A stretch of DNA of 63,994 nt, filler included, from Lama guanicoe (GCA_013239625.1; 93 parts of 93 records of this genome joined end to end with filler, not necessarily neighbours in it), one strand, 5' to 3'; shown: positions 10,901 to 24,931, numbered from the whole stretch's first letter. Translations and numbers: made by a program. The notes: generated by a model not told the origin, from the letters alone.

Positions 10901-13692
10901 TTTCAGAATGGTTCTATTCACCGAGGTTGCCTGAGAAATCAGTGGCTCCACATGCTTTCCAGGCACGTGTGCTCTCCCGGGGCAGGGGGGGCTGCAGTCG
11001 GGCGCACTGCGCTGCCGAGGGCATTTCCCGCCGACCAGGGATGACTGTTCTCTCACTGCACGTTTGGATAAACCCTTCTGAGAAGCACCTGCTCAAATAT
11101 TTAGCTCACCTTCTTAAACTGGGTTGCTTGTCTTTTAAAAANNNNNNNNNNNNNNNNNNNNNNNNNNNNNNNNNNNNNNNNNNNNTTAATTAATTAANNN
11201 NNNNNNNNNNNNNNNNNNNNNNNNNNNNNNNNNNNNNNNNNAGGGGCTTATAGGTTTTACAATAAACACATGGCAGTGGGTATTTAAAATCTTCAGTCAG
11301 AATTTACCTTTGCAATAATTGGCAATTAGGCATTATAAATATAAGTGAAAACAATAACTGCATATAGAAACGATTTTATTTTTCTTGGTTAGATAAGAAT
11401 GATTTTTTAAGTGCCAATATTAATATTTGAAAAACAAAATGTATCTTAAATTTCTTTTTTTTCAGGGACTTTCCCATTATTTAAATAATGATGTGATAAA
11501 ATGATCATTATAAGATACCATATAACTAAGAGCCAAAATTATAAGCAAAATAGTCAATTAGGACATTTCTTGATATATAGCAGGGGATATATTAGTGTCA
11601 GTTGTTACTAATATAACTAATACTATCAGTTTCACTCTTTTTCTCCTCAGTTTATGATAATAATAAAAACGGTAATGATGATCTCAATGTGACTTTGTAG
11701 TTTGGATTAGGGAAGGTGACGTACGCATCAGAGATGNNNNNNNNNNNNNNNNNNNNNNNNNNNNNNNNNNNNNNNNNNNNTTAATTAATTAANNNNNNNN
11801 NNNNNNNNNNNNNNNNNNNNNNNNNNNNNNNNNNNNAGTAAACCTCTCTTCATTGCCTGTATCTCCATCTATATCTGGTGGATATCTATCTCTATATCCA
11901 GGTTGGCTCCAATCTGGAGATTCAGAAGTAGGAAGACACCTGAGATCTGGTGTCTGAGAGCTGGGAGGTACTGAAGGGTTGGAGGTGTCCATTAGAATTC
12001 AGTTACCTGATTGACCATCACTATTTCCCACTATTGATCTTCATGCTGATAATAACTGACACTGAATTAATACTATGCCAAACAAAGATCTGAGTGTCAA
12101 CATATGTGACACTGGAAATGAGCATTTCATTTCTAAATTATATTACCAAAATAGAAGGATGTCAAAAATACTGGGCTTCCAGGGGTCCTGCTTGAGTATT
12201 TAAGTCACTGAAAAATGGGTGCCAAGAGTTCTTCAAAGTGGGCTTCCTTTGGAAGGAAGCCTGTGTGGATTCTGGTCTCAGGCAAGTGGAGAGTGTTACA
12301 CACACACACCCACGTATTTGCCTTTTCAGTGTGAAGGAAGTCAAGATGCGCGTCTGTTATACAAAAGCACTCACACACTATCACAGACACACACTTGCCA
12401 ANNNNNNNNNNNNNNNNNNNNNNNNNNNNNNNNNNNNNNNNNNNNTTAATTAATTAANNNNNNNNNNNNNNNNNNNNNNNNNNNNNNNNNNNNNNNNNNN
12501 NGCCTGTCTGTGTAAGGAGAGGGCACATTTATTAGAGAGTGTGTGACTCAGGGAGTGGCTGCCTCCACTCATAGTCCTTTGGGTGTGTGCTTGGGCATCA
12601 TCAGAACTCATCTGAACTTCAACCTAATGTACATCTAATTCAAGATGAATGAAAAATCGACTGGACTTTGAACAAGTTACTTTCACTTTCATTTTCAGAT
12701 TTCTAATGACAAATGTAGGAGGTGGACCCAGAACAAAATTTACCATCTCTGTCCCTATTCCTAGCCTAGGATATTTTTCTTTATGGGTCGGTAACTTTCT
12801 GTGATAAATGCTGATAAAAGTGTGGCAAGAAGCTCAGCATCCTGCCTCTGCCCCGACACACTGCAGCCTGCTCCTGGGTAAGCCACTTAGTGGCACGTAA
12901 TTTAGATAATTTCTTAAACCTCTGTAAAGTTAAGCTAATTTNNNNNNNNNNNNNNNNNNNNNNNNNNNNNNNNNNNNNNNNNNNNTTAATTAATTAANNN
13001 NNNNNNNNNNNNNNNNNNNNNNNNNNNNNNNNNNNNNNNNNACAGCCAGTGCTAGGCTTAATTGTGATTCAGTTTTTAAATCAACTTAATATCTTTGCAC
13101 TTTACATGGACTGATAGCTCTGGGGTCATTCCAAGAAGAGAAAAGAACAGGGACAATTACAGTCAGAAAAAAGGAGTTTAATTCTATTAAGTTGTCTTTC
13201 TCTACTGATTGAGAAAAAGAATATTTGAAGGTGTCAGTACCTATCTGAATTCATATAGTTAACTAATTTCTGAGATCTTTTTGGATATCAAAATATCCTC
13301 AGAAATATTTCCTTCTTTGTTTAAAAGCAAAGAGTGTATAGTCTTATCCTCACCATACAGTTTAGGAAATCGACATTCTACAAGGTAAAGTTGTATATCA
13401 ACACGTGGACGCTCACAAGAAATGCCAGGTTAAGAGGGCTCTCACCTTCCCTTTTGCTTTACACCGTGACATACACTGTGTGCTAAGTTAACATACCTAC
13501 AACATGCAGCTCCACAGTGGCTTCTTGGGAGATGCGACCATCATTAAAATGACACCAATACTGGCCATCATCAGAGGCACGGATGTTTTGGANNNNNNNN
13601 NNNNNNNNNNNNNNNNNNNNNNNNNNNNNNNNNNNNTTAATTAATTAANNNNNNNNNNNNNNNNNNNNNNNNNNNNNNNNNNNNNNNNNNNN

Positions 13693-13765
13693 TCCATGAG
13701 CTAAAATAAGATCTTGTGTATATTTCTCTGTGCTATACAGTGTAATCTCATCCATCTAGTCTACC
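13693..13765 (-). mobile_element. Lineage-specific (camelid-like) L1 3' UTR fragment
   Basis: 'gagctaaaataagatcttgtgtatatttctctgtgctatacagtgtaatctc' resembles the antisense cetartiodactyl/camelid L1 3' end (recalled, not searched). Confidence 0.6.
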
Positions 13766-15977
13766 AGAATTTTCAAGACAGAAACTTGAGCTTGGGAATG
13801 GTGGAGTGGGGGAAAATATAACATTGTTGGACAGTGATGTCAATCCTTGATTCTTTATGATACCTTTTCCCCTGGATCCCATGTCAAACTTTCTGGAATT
13901 TTAAATTAGATCCTCTTTGGGACTTCTACTGGAATGCATTCCTTTACAGTGAACTTAGCTTTTAAAACAGTGTAACATGATGCTTCTGGTACTATATGTG
14001 TTCCTATGTGGGTATTGTTGGCCTGAGAACTAACCCTGATTCACACATCAGTCACACGGGAAAATGTGTTCAGAATGCCAACTGCAGAGCCTGTCCCGCA
14101 CTGGGGAACCCTTGAAACAATCTCTGTTATGGGAAATCCATCCATGTCTGTGAACATAGGGTGATTTCCAGTGCTCACAGCAGAAGGACTAATTTTTTTC
14201 CCATTTATTTTAGATTCTTTTAGTGCCTTTTTATGTGAGGATACACTGAAAGGACANNNNNNNNNNNNNNNNNNNNNNNNNNNNNNNNNNNNNNNNNNNN
14301 TTAATTAATTAANNNNNNNNNNNNNNNNNNNNNNNNNNNNNNNNNNNNNNNNNNNNTCCCTGGAGAATACAAAATCATATTCATGGTGGCAGAAGCTACT
14401 TGTGATGGAAAAATGTCAATGGTGTCCCAGATACTTTCAATTGTAACAGAGTTTCAAGCCATAATCTGAAATATTAATACTGTACTTTAACTTTAACAAA
14501 CTTTAACAAACTTTTTTTCTCAGTTAAATTTCAGAATGATTTATTTGAAAGGGAAATTTAGACTTACACATACGGCTATTGATTTCAAGGAAAGAAAAAT
14601 GTAGCCACTAAGCTTTTGAGATAATTAACCTCAAGAGATTGAGGTTTCCTGTTAGTTAAGAACTAGTGAGCCACCAAGGGGAAACATTCCATTATTAGCA
14701 AACTCCTCATCCAAAAGTGTGATTTTTTTCCCCAAAATAAATGTAAAAATGTAACTTTAATATATGCTGAAAGGAAATCTGTCTTCTTATACATTTCTGT
14801 GGTCCAACACTCTATTTCAAAGTCATGATGCATTCTTAATTAGGTTGATTTGTGTCAGAAACTGAAAATGCTAACTCTCTCCAGGGCTGACATGGTGAGA
14901 CATCNNNNNNNNNNNNNNNNNNNNNNNNNNNNNNNNNNNNNNNNNNNNTTAATTAATTAANNNNNNNNNNNNNNNNNNNNNNNNNNNNNNNNNNNNNNNN
15001 NNNNCGCAGAGAGCCCCTTGCCCTCTGTGCCGCAGACATACACTCCTCTCAAGCTCTTCCTTTCAAAGTTGTCCTTGATGTTGATTTCAGGTTATTTTTG
15101 TCCTCATGCAGATGTGCTGTGGTGGTTGGGCAACCAAGCAGAAGCTGCCTCAGTTCTGACCCCTTAGGAAGGGGCTGGATGCTCCAACCCTCCACCGTCA
15201 GTCCTGGATGACCTGAGCTTTCAGACTTGAATCTTTACAGGCTGTAAAGATAAAAGACCGTTGTAGTGATGGGTGGTTTGTCTCTCAGCCTATGGAGTTT
15301 GCTCTTTTGACCACTGTTGTGTGGGGGCATTTTTAAAAAATGTCAAAGGCAGCTGCTACTCAGATCAAAGGGATTAAGCATTATTGACAGTTGAACAAAG
15401 AAAACATGAATGTTTATATTCTTCTCTGTGTAGGTCCTCACCGCAGGAAAACTTTTTTAAGAGTAAGAGCTGTTCCCTTTTTGTGTTATAATAAGTGAAC
15501 AAGAATAATATATTTTTATTTAAACAAAAACAGGAAGCCTAGCAACTATTAGAGAATCCCTGTTCACATATTCCTTCCTCCCTGACAGATTCTGAAAATC
15601 TGGGAGAGGGAGGGACGGGCACAGACAAACCTGATGGAAGGAAGAGAAGGGTAACATAGCGAAGAGGCTGCCATCCAGAAAAGAGAGCCCTGGGGAGGAC
15701 CGCCTGGCCCTACTAACAGGGAGCCCCCTTCCCTGCACCCCCCATCCCGAGAAGGGCAGGAAGGGGCCAGAGGGACATGCAGCTGTTTAAAGGGGCTGTT
15801 ATAGATCAAAAATACAAGGCAGAGAAACTCAAGTCTTTGGAATCAGAGACCTAAGTTCAAATCCCATTCGTCCTTTANNNNNNNNNNNNNNNNNNNNNNN
15901 NNNNNNNNNNNNNNNNNNNNNTTAATTAATTAANNNNNNNNNNNNNNNNNNNNNNNNNNNNNNNNNNNNNNNNNNNN

Positions 15978-16531
15978 GTTTGGGAAGCTATAGAAAGACC
16001 TTGGGCAGTGGCCTTGGGAGTGGAGAGAAGGGACATACCAAAAAACCCTTATGTTGGTGTAGCCACTTGGAGGCTAATTACATGGTGGAGGGTGGGGCGG
16101 GTGATACAGATGAAGAGTTAAGACTCTTTGCTTGAAGAATGGGTGACTAATAATGCAAGTGAGTAAAGGAATAGACTACGGAGTTTGATTTGGAAACTTG
16201 AGTTGAAAGGTCTACACAGTGTTCCTTATAGAGTTTGACAGAGGGGATCAGTGCATGGGGTCTGAGCTGGACAGATCCATTTGAGAATAATGTCTGTAGT
16301 CTGTATATTTGACTGGTCGTTCAAAGCACAGAATTGGATGTGATCACATAGTGGAGTATTTTGTAAAGAGAAAACGGCCAAGTAAACTCTTAGGAAACCC
16401 CAGCCTTTGGGGGAAGAGGGAGAAACAAAGGGAAAGGAGACTTGGAATGGGTACTCGAGGAGCTGGTGGAGAAGCAGAAGAGAGTGGTAGCAAGAAGCCA
16501 AGAGGGAAGTCAATTTTAAGAGTGGGTGAGC
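15978..16531 (-). mobile_element. L2 LINE relic
   Basis: Purine-rich L2 antisense motifs 'gagtttgatttggaaacttgagttgaaagg...gggtctgagctggacagatccatttgaga'. Confidence 0.65.
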
Positions 16532-18893
16532 NNNNNNNNNNNNNNNNNNNNNNNNNNNNNNNNNNNNNNNNNNNNTTAATTAATTAANNNNNNNNNNNNN
16601 NNNNNNNNNNNNNNNNNNNNNNNNNNNNNNNTTCTGGCAAGTAGGAGAGAACAAAACTTGTTTTTCTTCAGCAATCTTCATACCGCATTTCTGAAAATGT
16701 TTTGCAATGACAGACGAAACTGAGAGCTTCGTGTTTCTTCCAGATGAGCATGGTGGCTTTCATCGAGAGAAAGTGATGTGGGTGGATGAGTTCAATGAGA
16801 AGTCAAGAAAATGACATGTACATGCAGTTCAGATACATTGAAGGACTTGGGTAAACTGTGCAGAGAGAGCAGGATGTGATGTTAACAGGCGGGAAACAAG
16901 TTCAGTGAGATTTATATTGTGTTAAAATGCGGTATAATCTGGTGAGCCAGCGTTCCCTCCCTCCTTCCTCCTTGCTTGGTTTCTCCCTGCTTTTGACTTG
17001 CCTTTAAGCTGGGTTTAAAAGATACTGTTTGGTAAAATGGTAGATATTTCTCCCCAGCAAGAATGAGAAGGGCAGAAATAGGGATCCTTTCTTAAGTCTT
17101 CCTACCCATTCAGTGGGTCAACGTTTTCTGTGACCTTGATGATACAAAAATATTCGGTGAGATTTACCTTTCATCAAGCACCAACTATATGCTAAGACTA
17201 TGCAATGTGTCTTAATTGCATTTGTCTTCCTGTAATGGAGAAACTAAGCCAGAGAGGATTTAGCAACTTTCCTAAGTCATTTTGGCAGAGGATGGATTTG
17301 CCTCTGAGACCTAGGCACTCACCACAGAACATACTGCCTTCNNNNNNNNNNNNNNNNNNNNNNNNNNNNNNNNNNNNNNNNNNNNTTAATTAATTAANNN
17401 NNNNNNNNNNNNNNNNNNNNNNNNNNNNNNNNNNNNNNNNNGGGAAGGTGACTTCACCTCGGTCCACCCCTGTACTCATAAACTTTACTTTGGACACCTT
17501 TTCAGAACAAGAGCATGAAATTAGAGATTTATGAAGGGGCCTTCAAATATCCTCTAGACAAAATGAACATACACATACCAGTGACTGTTTCAGGGTCACA
17601 CAACCTACTATTGGCCAACTTGAGCTTAAGCTCCTACTCCTTAAACTTAAGTCTGGTGAAATTCCTACTCAAAAACCAGTTCTCAATATTTTGTGAACCC
17701 TGGGAGCTACAGAGTTACTGCAAAAGCTTTGTGACTCACATGCACCAAGTATCATCTATAGACAAACTAAATAACGTCCTGCACGTAAATATATCGCTCC
17801 TTCTTAAATGCTTGTAGACCTTGTTGTTTTTTTTACATTTTAAATGTTATGAAATTAATACTGTATTATCTAAAATAAGACACAATTTGCAGCACTATGT
17901 TTTCTGATACTCTAGGAAAAATGTTACTATTATAGTTTTACCACACCATTGATTGAAAGATGCTCACTAATTTTACATATTTAAAATATGAAAAATAATG
18001 TCAGTTTTAAAGGATAGCAATACCATTTTGTCGATATCATTTTTTTTTGTACTAGGATGCAACGCATGTTATGATATCACAGAGTATTTCTTCTACAGCA
18101 GAGNNNNNNNNNNNNNNNNNNNNNNNNNNNNNNNNNNNNNNNNNNNNTTAATTAATTAANNNNNNNNNNNNNNNNNNNNNNNNNNNNNNNNNNNNNNNNN
18201 NNNTGCAAATGAAGTACTCACCTGTATATGGAGGGTGGGAAACTACCTGTTGGCATCTTCTGAAATCTATTCTCTAAACCTGCTCTTGTCCCCAGATAGG
18301 TTGGAGAAGGCTCTTCTCTAGTATGAGTACACATTTTATGTTTATTTGTTTGTTTTTAGAGATCAAGAAATCACACCATTCATGTGAGAAATCTGATTAC
18401 TCTTTTTGAAATTAGTGCCTATAATAATTCTGTGCAACTGGTGTTGTGTTCTTGTGACTTGTTTCTGTGGCCACATCCTGGGGAGGGAGACCACCTCCTC
18501 TGGGATGAGTGGAGAACAAGAGCAACCCGAACAGAAGCAAGCGAAGCAAGAAAGTAGCGCTTTTGTCTGATGTCATGTTGTTGCATGAAGATAAACTGAA
18601 CCTCAATTACTGAAGCTGGGGATTGGGGTATGGGTGAAACACGGTGTCAGAGATTCAGTTCACAGTGGAGCGTGAAAAGAGTGGAGGGAAGAGTGTCTGA
18701 ATAATGATGCAAGTCTTGCTGATTAAGCTCCCTAGTTTGGAGAACCTAAGCCCAAACACTGAATTTATGCATAGGGGCCCTAGGATTTTGAGGNNNNNNN
18801 NNNNNNNNNNNNNNNNNNNNNNNNNNNNNNNNNNNNNTTAATTAATTAANNNNNNNNNNNNNNNNNNNNNNNNNNNNNNNNNNNNNNNNNNNN

Positions 18894-19301
<408 letters not shown>

Positions 19302-21378
19302 NNNNNNNNNNNNNNNNNNNNNNNNNNNNNNNNNNNNNNNNNNNNTTAATTAATTAANNNNNNNNNNNNNNNNNNNNNNNNNNNNNNNNNNNNNNNNNNN
19401 NTTACGTAAACTCACTTCCCATCTCCTGGTCACACTGGCGGTCAGTGCCTTGTGGACCTGACTGGATGGGGAAGTGGGGGGGACGTGTTCCCACAGGCAA
19501 CATGTAGCATTCTTTTCTTGGAAACCTGGAAAGCTCATTAACTCTAGAAGCAGGGAGATAGAAAGTCTTGGAAAATTCCTTCGGAAAAAAAATGAGTGTG
19601 TATATAATGAGGTAAAAAATTTACCCTTCCAGGTCAGAGGGTCAGCACCTCCCAAACCAGATGAAACTCTGGGGCACAAGAAGGGAGAGAACGCCTGAAT
19701 ATACTCACTTAGAATTAAACTTTGTAATTTCCTTATGAGCACATTGTATCCTTAAAATAGAATTTTCACCTGTGTTCCCATAAAGTCTGTGTAAATATGG
19801 ATTCTAACAGAGGCTGGAAATTTGTATCTTCAAGGCCAGATGTGCGATTTGCACAAAAGATTCAGTTTCCTCAAGTAATCCCCTCATTTGGGGGGCAAGG
19901 AACCAGGAAGGATAGAAGGATGGCAGTTCTTTTGTTTTCTTGTNNNNNNNNNNNNNNNNNNNNNNNNNNNNNNNNNNNNNNNNNNNNTTAATTAATTAAN
20001 NNNNNNNNNNNNNNNNNNNNNNNNNNNNNNNNNNNNNNNNNNNCTGTATTACAGAATCTGTGTTAAGCGCTACACTTTTCCCAGTCTAAAACGCTGCCTC
20101 TCACATCTGTCCTCTATTTTATGGTAATTTGATTGAATCTCGAAATCATGTGTCTTAGCAACCACCTCATAAAGGTGTTAACACCTGACATGGAAGCAAT
20201 TTGAAAACTTCCTTAGGCACACTTTTAAGCAAATAAGAGCAGCAACAGAGAATATAAATGGAGGGTAAAACAAGAGGTAAGACCCTGGAGACAAATGATG
20301 ATGTGGCTTAGGAATACAAGAAGATGAAGAGGCCTTTGACGGAAAGATGGTGAGCAATGCTATTAAAGATCAAATTTTGATTATCTCCAAATTTTGCCTA
20401 AGATAACTTCTTTTGACATTATACAGCGCTTCTTGATTGATAGATTCAAACTATATTACATGATTAGCAAGTTTTTAAAGTGCAGAGTTGTCTTGATTCT
20501 CTAAGAATGTATTCCATAACAATATTCTAATTCACAGTACTAGTTTCAAGGGGTTGAAGTTGTTCCCATATTTCTGAACAATATTTACACAACTGCTGAG
20601 CTTTCCTTGTTCAAAAGTGGTGTACTTAGGAGATAGACTTTTTAAGTACTTCATGAATTTTAAGATAAANNNNNNNNNNNNNNNNNNNNNNNNNNNNNNN
20701 NNNNNNNNNNNNNTTAATTAATTAANNNNNNNNNNNNNNNNNNNNNNNNNNNNNNNNNNNNNNNNNNNNCTATGGGCATTCTTCCGTTCAGTATCTTATC
20801 CTGATGACAACGCTGTTCGTGTTAGTCTTTTAACCGCAGAGTGAAATACTGATGAAAATTGTTTTACACTTAGCTTCAGTAAAAATGAGTAAGTTGCATC
20901 CGACACAGTAAGGACTTCAGGTATCGGCATGTATCATTCCTCACCAAAAAATTAGGAAGATATTCAGCCAAGAAGAGCTAGCCCACTAGATTCTTCTCCT
21001 TTTCTTATGATGGTTGGGGATCAACAGTTGGTGCTCCCTGGATCCCTGTGTTGATCTGGGCTGGGAAGATCACTTACCACAACCATGTCAGAGACTTGTC
21101 AGTCAATTCTGTTTGCAATTCTCCAATTCTCAGCTTTACTTAGTGCTTTGTGACCTTCTATTTCTCCAGCCTTACCACCACACTCATCTACACACTGCTG
21201 CAGTTTAAAGTTGGTCCTTTGTTAATCTTTCAGATGCAAAATAAACAATTCATTTTGGGGGGATAAGCAAGTGTCTGTTCTGCATGTACTCTAGCAAGCA
21301 ACTTTGAAACTATCTCTGTAGTTCTGGAACTTGCTCTGTTCCCCCTCTCTGGGAGGCCTGCCTCACTCTCTAACAATC

Positions 21379-21420
21379 TATAGATAGATAAAAACAGAGA
21401 TAGATAGATAGATAGGTAGG
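21379..21420 (+). repeat. Interrupted (GATA)n microsatellite
   Basis: tatagatagata...gatagatagatagataggtagg. Confidence 0.75.
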
Positions 21421-22433
21421 CAAATATTTAAATAAATATACTTTCTCCCTTTTCTGTCTTTCTATTTGTTTTTTTTCTTTCCACTCTTCCCCACCTCTGC
21501 TCTAAGAAACATTACTTANNNNNNNNNNNNNNNNNNNNNNNNNNNNNNNNNNNNNNNNNNNNTTAATTAATTAANNNNNNNNNNNNNNNNNNNNNNNNNN
21601 NNNNNNNNNNNNNNNNNNGAGTCAAAAATAATCCCACATCTCACCACTCAGAACAGTCATCATTAACGATTGGTGAGCCTCGATCTCGCCATGGCTCCGT
21701 GTGCTCAGGCAGACGTAAGGATCAGTGGACAGATGAAGGTTTAAATAAATACGATAGATGGATAGATTGGGGAATAAAATGATAGTATGCTATATGTTAT
21801 TATAAATGATGACATTTTATTTACTTTAAATTTGTTAAAAGCCAAAGAATTTTTGGAACTAAAATTTTGCTGAACTTTACACAATACTCAAAAAAAATAA
21901 GAGATTCATATCTAGGATTTCTATGAGTAAAAGGAAAAGACTATGCAAAACATTAGAAATTGAATTTTTTAATATTTGTTTCCCTTTTTAAGCTCCTCCC
22001 TCCATCTCTTCCCTATTATGAAACATTTTGAATTTGTCACACTTTATTTCCTTCTAGCTCCCTCTTTCCCAGCTCCTGACTTTCATTAGTTACTATGTAA
22101 CATTTTCTAACATAGCCTTTATCCCCCCAGTTATTTAGTTTCAGCTCTACATTTAAATGGAGTCCAGGCTCACTGACAGACTTTACGCTGAATCTGTACA
22201 CAATTATTCTGCTGTTTCACGATTGAGTCAATAACTGCCCATTACCTATTGACTTGCTCTCACGGAATGTGAGCATTTAGCCCACTTGCACCACCTCTGC
22301 CACACATGCTTCACTCCTGACATCCTCTCATTGNNNNNNNNNNNNNNNNNNNNNNNNNNNNNNNNNNNNNNNNNNNNTTAATTAATTAANNNNNNNNNNN
22401 NNNNNNNNNNNNNNNNNNNNNNNNNNNNNNNNN

Positions 22434-23075
22434 TCTTCTCAAACAAACTCCATACTCCCTTTTCCCTCCGCCCTCCTCCTCTTCAAATCTCGTTCCTTCG
22501 GCAGGAAATCTCGCGAGATAGCGAGATCTCATGAATTCTCCCATGAACCACCGCTCTTCCTTTTCCTGTAGGCGGCCTGAGGTGAGTAGGTCTTCGGCTT
22601 CTTTCTCCGACGTTTGACTCCTCCGGTAATCGCTGCCATCCTAGACTTGGGGGCGCCGATTTCGAGACCCTCGGGAGGAGGATGCTGGCGGCTACTGATT
22701 ACTCGCTGGTGGCGATGGCCCTCTGTGCCGGGCGACGTGTCGGATTCCCCAGCCCGGAGCCCCGGCGCCGTCAGGCCTTGGCAGCAGGCAGAGGGGCCCG
22801 ATGGGCAGGAATGCGGGTGGCGGGGTTGTACTGGCAGTCTGTGATCGGTGCCGACTCCGGAGGTCATGTGTTTTCGTGGTGAGTGGAGGCCGCGTAAGCA
22901 GCGCGTTTGTAGCCACATCCAGAGAAAGTTTGCGGGGTATATGGTCAGGTCGGGTCGAGGCTTTACTCTTTTGAGTTTTTTCAACTTCAACGGCGTTTAA
23001 CTCAAGTAATAACCTTAAAGTGTGGAAAGAGCGGATTATTTGTGAAGCTGTGAGCAAAGGAGGTTTCTATAGAGG
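22434..23075 (+). promoter_or_regulatory. RPL17: CpG-island promoter, non-coding exon 1 and intron 1 start of a ribosomal protein gene, most like RPL17
   Basis: ETS core CAGGAA at 22502-22507, palindrome ATCTCGCGAGAT at 22508-22519, polypyrimidine TCT/5'TOP tract CTCTTCCTTTTCC at 22554-22566, exon ending GCGGCCTGAG at 22581, donor GTGAGT at 22582-22587 and YY1-like GCCAT at 22635-22639. The exon end resembles the recalled RPL17 5'UTR (...GCAGCCTGAG|). The RP-gene class is well supported; the symbol is less certain. Confidence 0.65.
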
Positions 23076-24024
23076 NNNNNNNNNNNNNNNNNNNNNNNNN
23101 NNNNNNNNNNNNNNNNNNNTTAATTAATTAANNNNNNNNNNNNNNNNNNNNNNNNNNNNNNNNNNNNNNNNNNNNCGACCTCCCATATGGCCATCAGGGT
23201 GACAGAAAAAAATTCTTTAAAGAGAAGGAGATAATAACTGGGATAGGAAACAAGAAAGTGTGCCATCAGTAGACGAGAAGTTCTGAGAAATTTCTGAAAG
23301 GCAGAAGACAGATGGATGGACTGAGAGAAAGTGTTATCAGACACTGCAGGCCAGAGCACAAGAAATGAGCATGTGTTTTCCTAAGGGGGCCCCAGAGGGG
23401 AGCTCACAGTCAACAATACAGCGATGGGCGTGGGACAATCCTAAGTGGCCTCATTAAAAACCCAGGCTCAGTGCCTAGGGACAGCCAGGCCCCTTTCCTC
23501 TGACCTGGGCCAACAGAGCTTGGCAGCTGAGACGTCTGCCCTCAAGCTAAAAGCCAGCCCCACTGCTCTCTAGAAAGCAAGCTCTCAGCCAGAGAGGGTT
23601 CCTGGTGAGGATTTTGTGGCCTCGGGTGTACAAGATCATGACAATGAAGGAATTCTNNNNNNNNNNNNNNNNNNNNNNNNNNNNNNNNNNNNNNNNNNNN
23701 TTAATTAATTAANNNNNNNNNNNNNNNNNNNNNNNNNNNNNNNNNNNNNNNNNNNNATGTACTTCTTGCTAAAGGAATTGTTTATCTTGCTTCAGAAATG
23801 AGTGCGAAAGTCACCCACGTAGGAGACCCTCAGAACGCTACCAGTCGCGCCACTGGTGTACTTTACCACGTGATGAATGTGCCTGGATTAAGGTTTATCG
23901 TCTCCTTTTGCCTTGTGGATGAGCCATTAGTTACCTTGATGAGGCTTAATTGAAAACACTATTCGGAAATGATAATCAGCTCTGGCCACAGAGACAACGG
24001 CCTGCCGTGAGGTCTGAAAAATGC

Positions 24025-24135
24025 ATTTATTCACTCAAATGTTTATGGAGCACCAGTCATGTGACAAGCACAAGTCTGGACTTCTGGGCTACATCAGTGT
24101 ACAAAAAGGATGAAGGTCTCTGCCCTGTTTATTAG
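24025..24135 (-). mobile_element. L2 3' end relic
   Basis: 'catttattcactcaaatgtttatggagcaccagtcatgtgacaagcac'. Confidence 0.6.
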
Positions 24136-24931
24136 AATATGTTGTGCTTTGTGTTTTAGTCAAATCATTGCTTACTACCCCTGTCTCTCTCTCTCTCTGT
24201 GAGGCTTCATGGGAAGCTACTGTTGGAATACCAGAGATACAGAAGGTATGGTCCTGCTGTGAAGGANNNNNNNNNNNNNNNNNNNNNNNNNNNNNNNNNN
24301 NNNNNNNNNNTTAATTAATTAANNNNNNNNNNNNNNNNNNNNNNNNNNNNNNNNNNNNNNNNNNNNTAAAGTACAAGTGGAACACATACGTGATGAAGAA
24401 TTGCTCAGCCATATTCAATGTAGTTTGCTGATCCGAGGTCCTGGACCCTACTCCCCCCTTGACATTGGGGTTTTCTCTCCAGGAAAACAAGAGTATCTCT
24501 GAAACACCTACAAGGGCCAGTGAAGCCTTCAGCCTTGGAATCTGCTCTTCTGGGCTTCATGGCCTGAAGGGCTTCTTTCCTTGTAGGACATTGATTAATC
24601 CTGGGAAGGTGTTAAATTCTGTTTGAATTCTGAAGGAGGCTGCACTGTGAATTTTGTCAAAATGATTTGAAGATTTTGCCTGAAAAGGGAAGGTAACTAA
24701 CTCAGTATGAAAAATGGTCGCTGCTTCTACAATTAGCTATAGTGTCATCAGAGACAAAATGAGTAAAAGATGTCTCAGGGCCACTTAATTAATNNNNNNN
24801 NNNNNNNNNNNNNNNNNNNNNNNNNNNNNNNNNNNNNTTAATTAATTAANNNNNNNNNNNNNNNNNNNNNNNNNNNNNNNNNNNNNNNNNNNNGTTGCTG
24901 CCTGCCCTGGGCCCATCGTGTCCCTTGGTGC

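Noticed and set aside
14562..14660. Minus-strand AG...GTAAGT exon-like segment
   Set aside because: There are stop codons in all three frames and no other support.
22529..23057. ORFs of 66-153 aa on both strands in the CpG island
   Set aside because: Stop-poor GC-rich promoter/intron sequence, better explained as an RP-gene exon 1 and intron 1.
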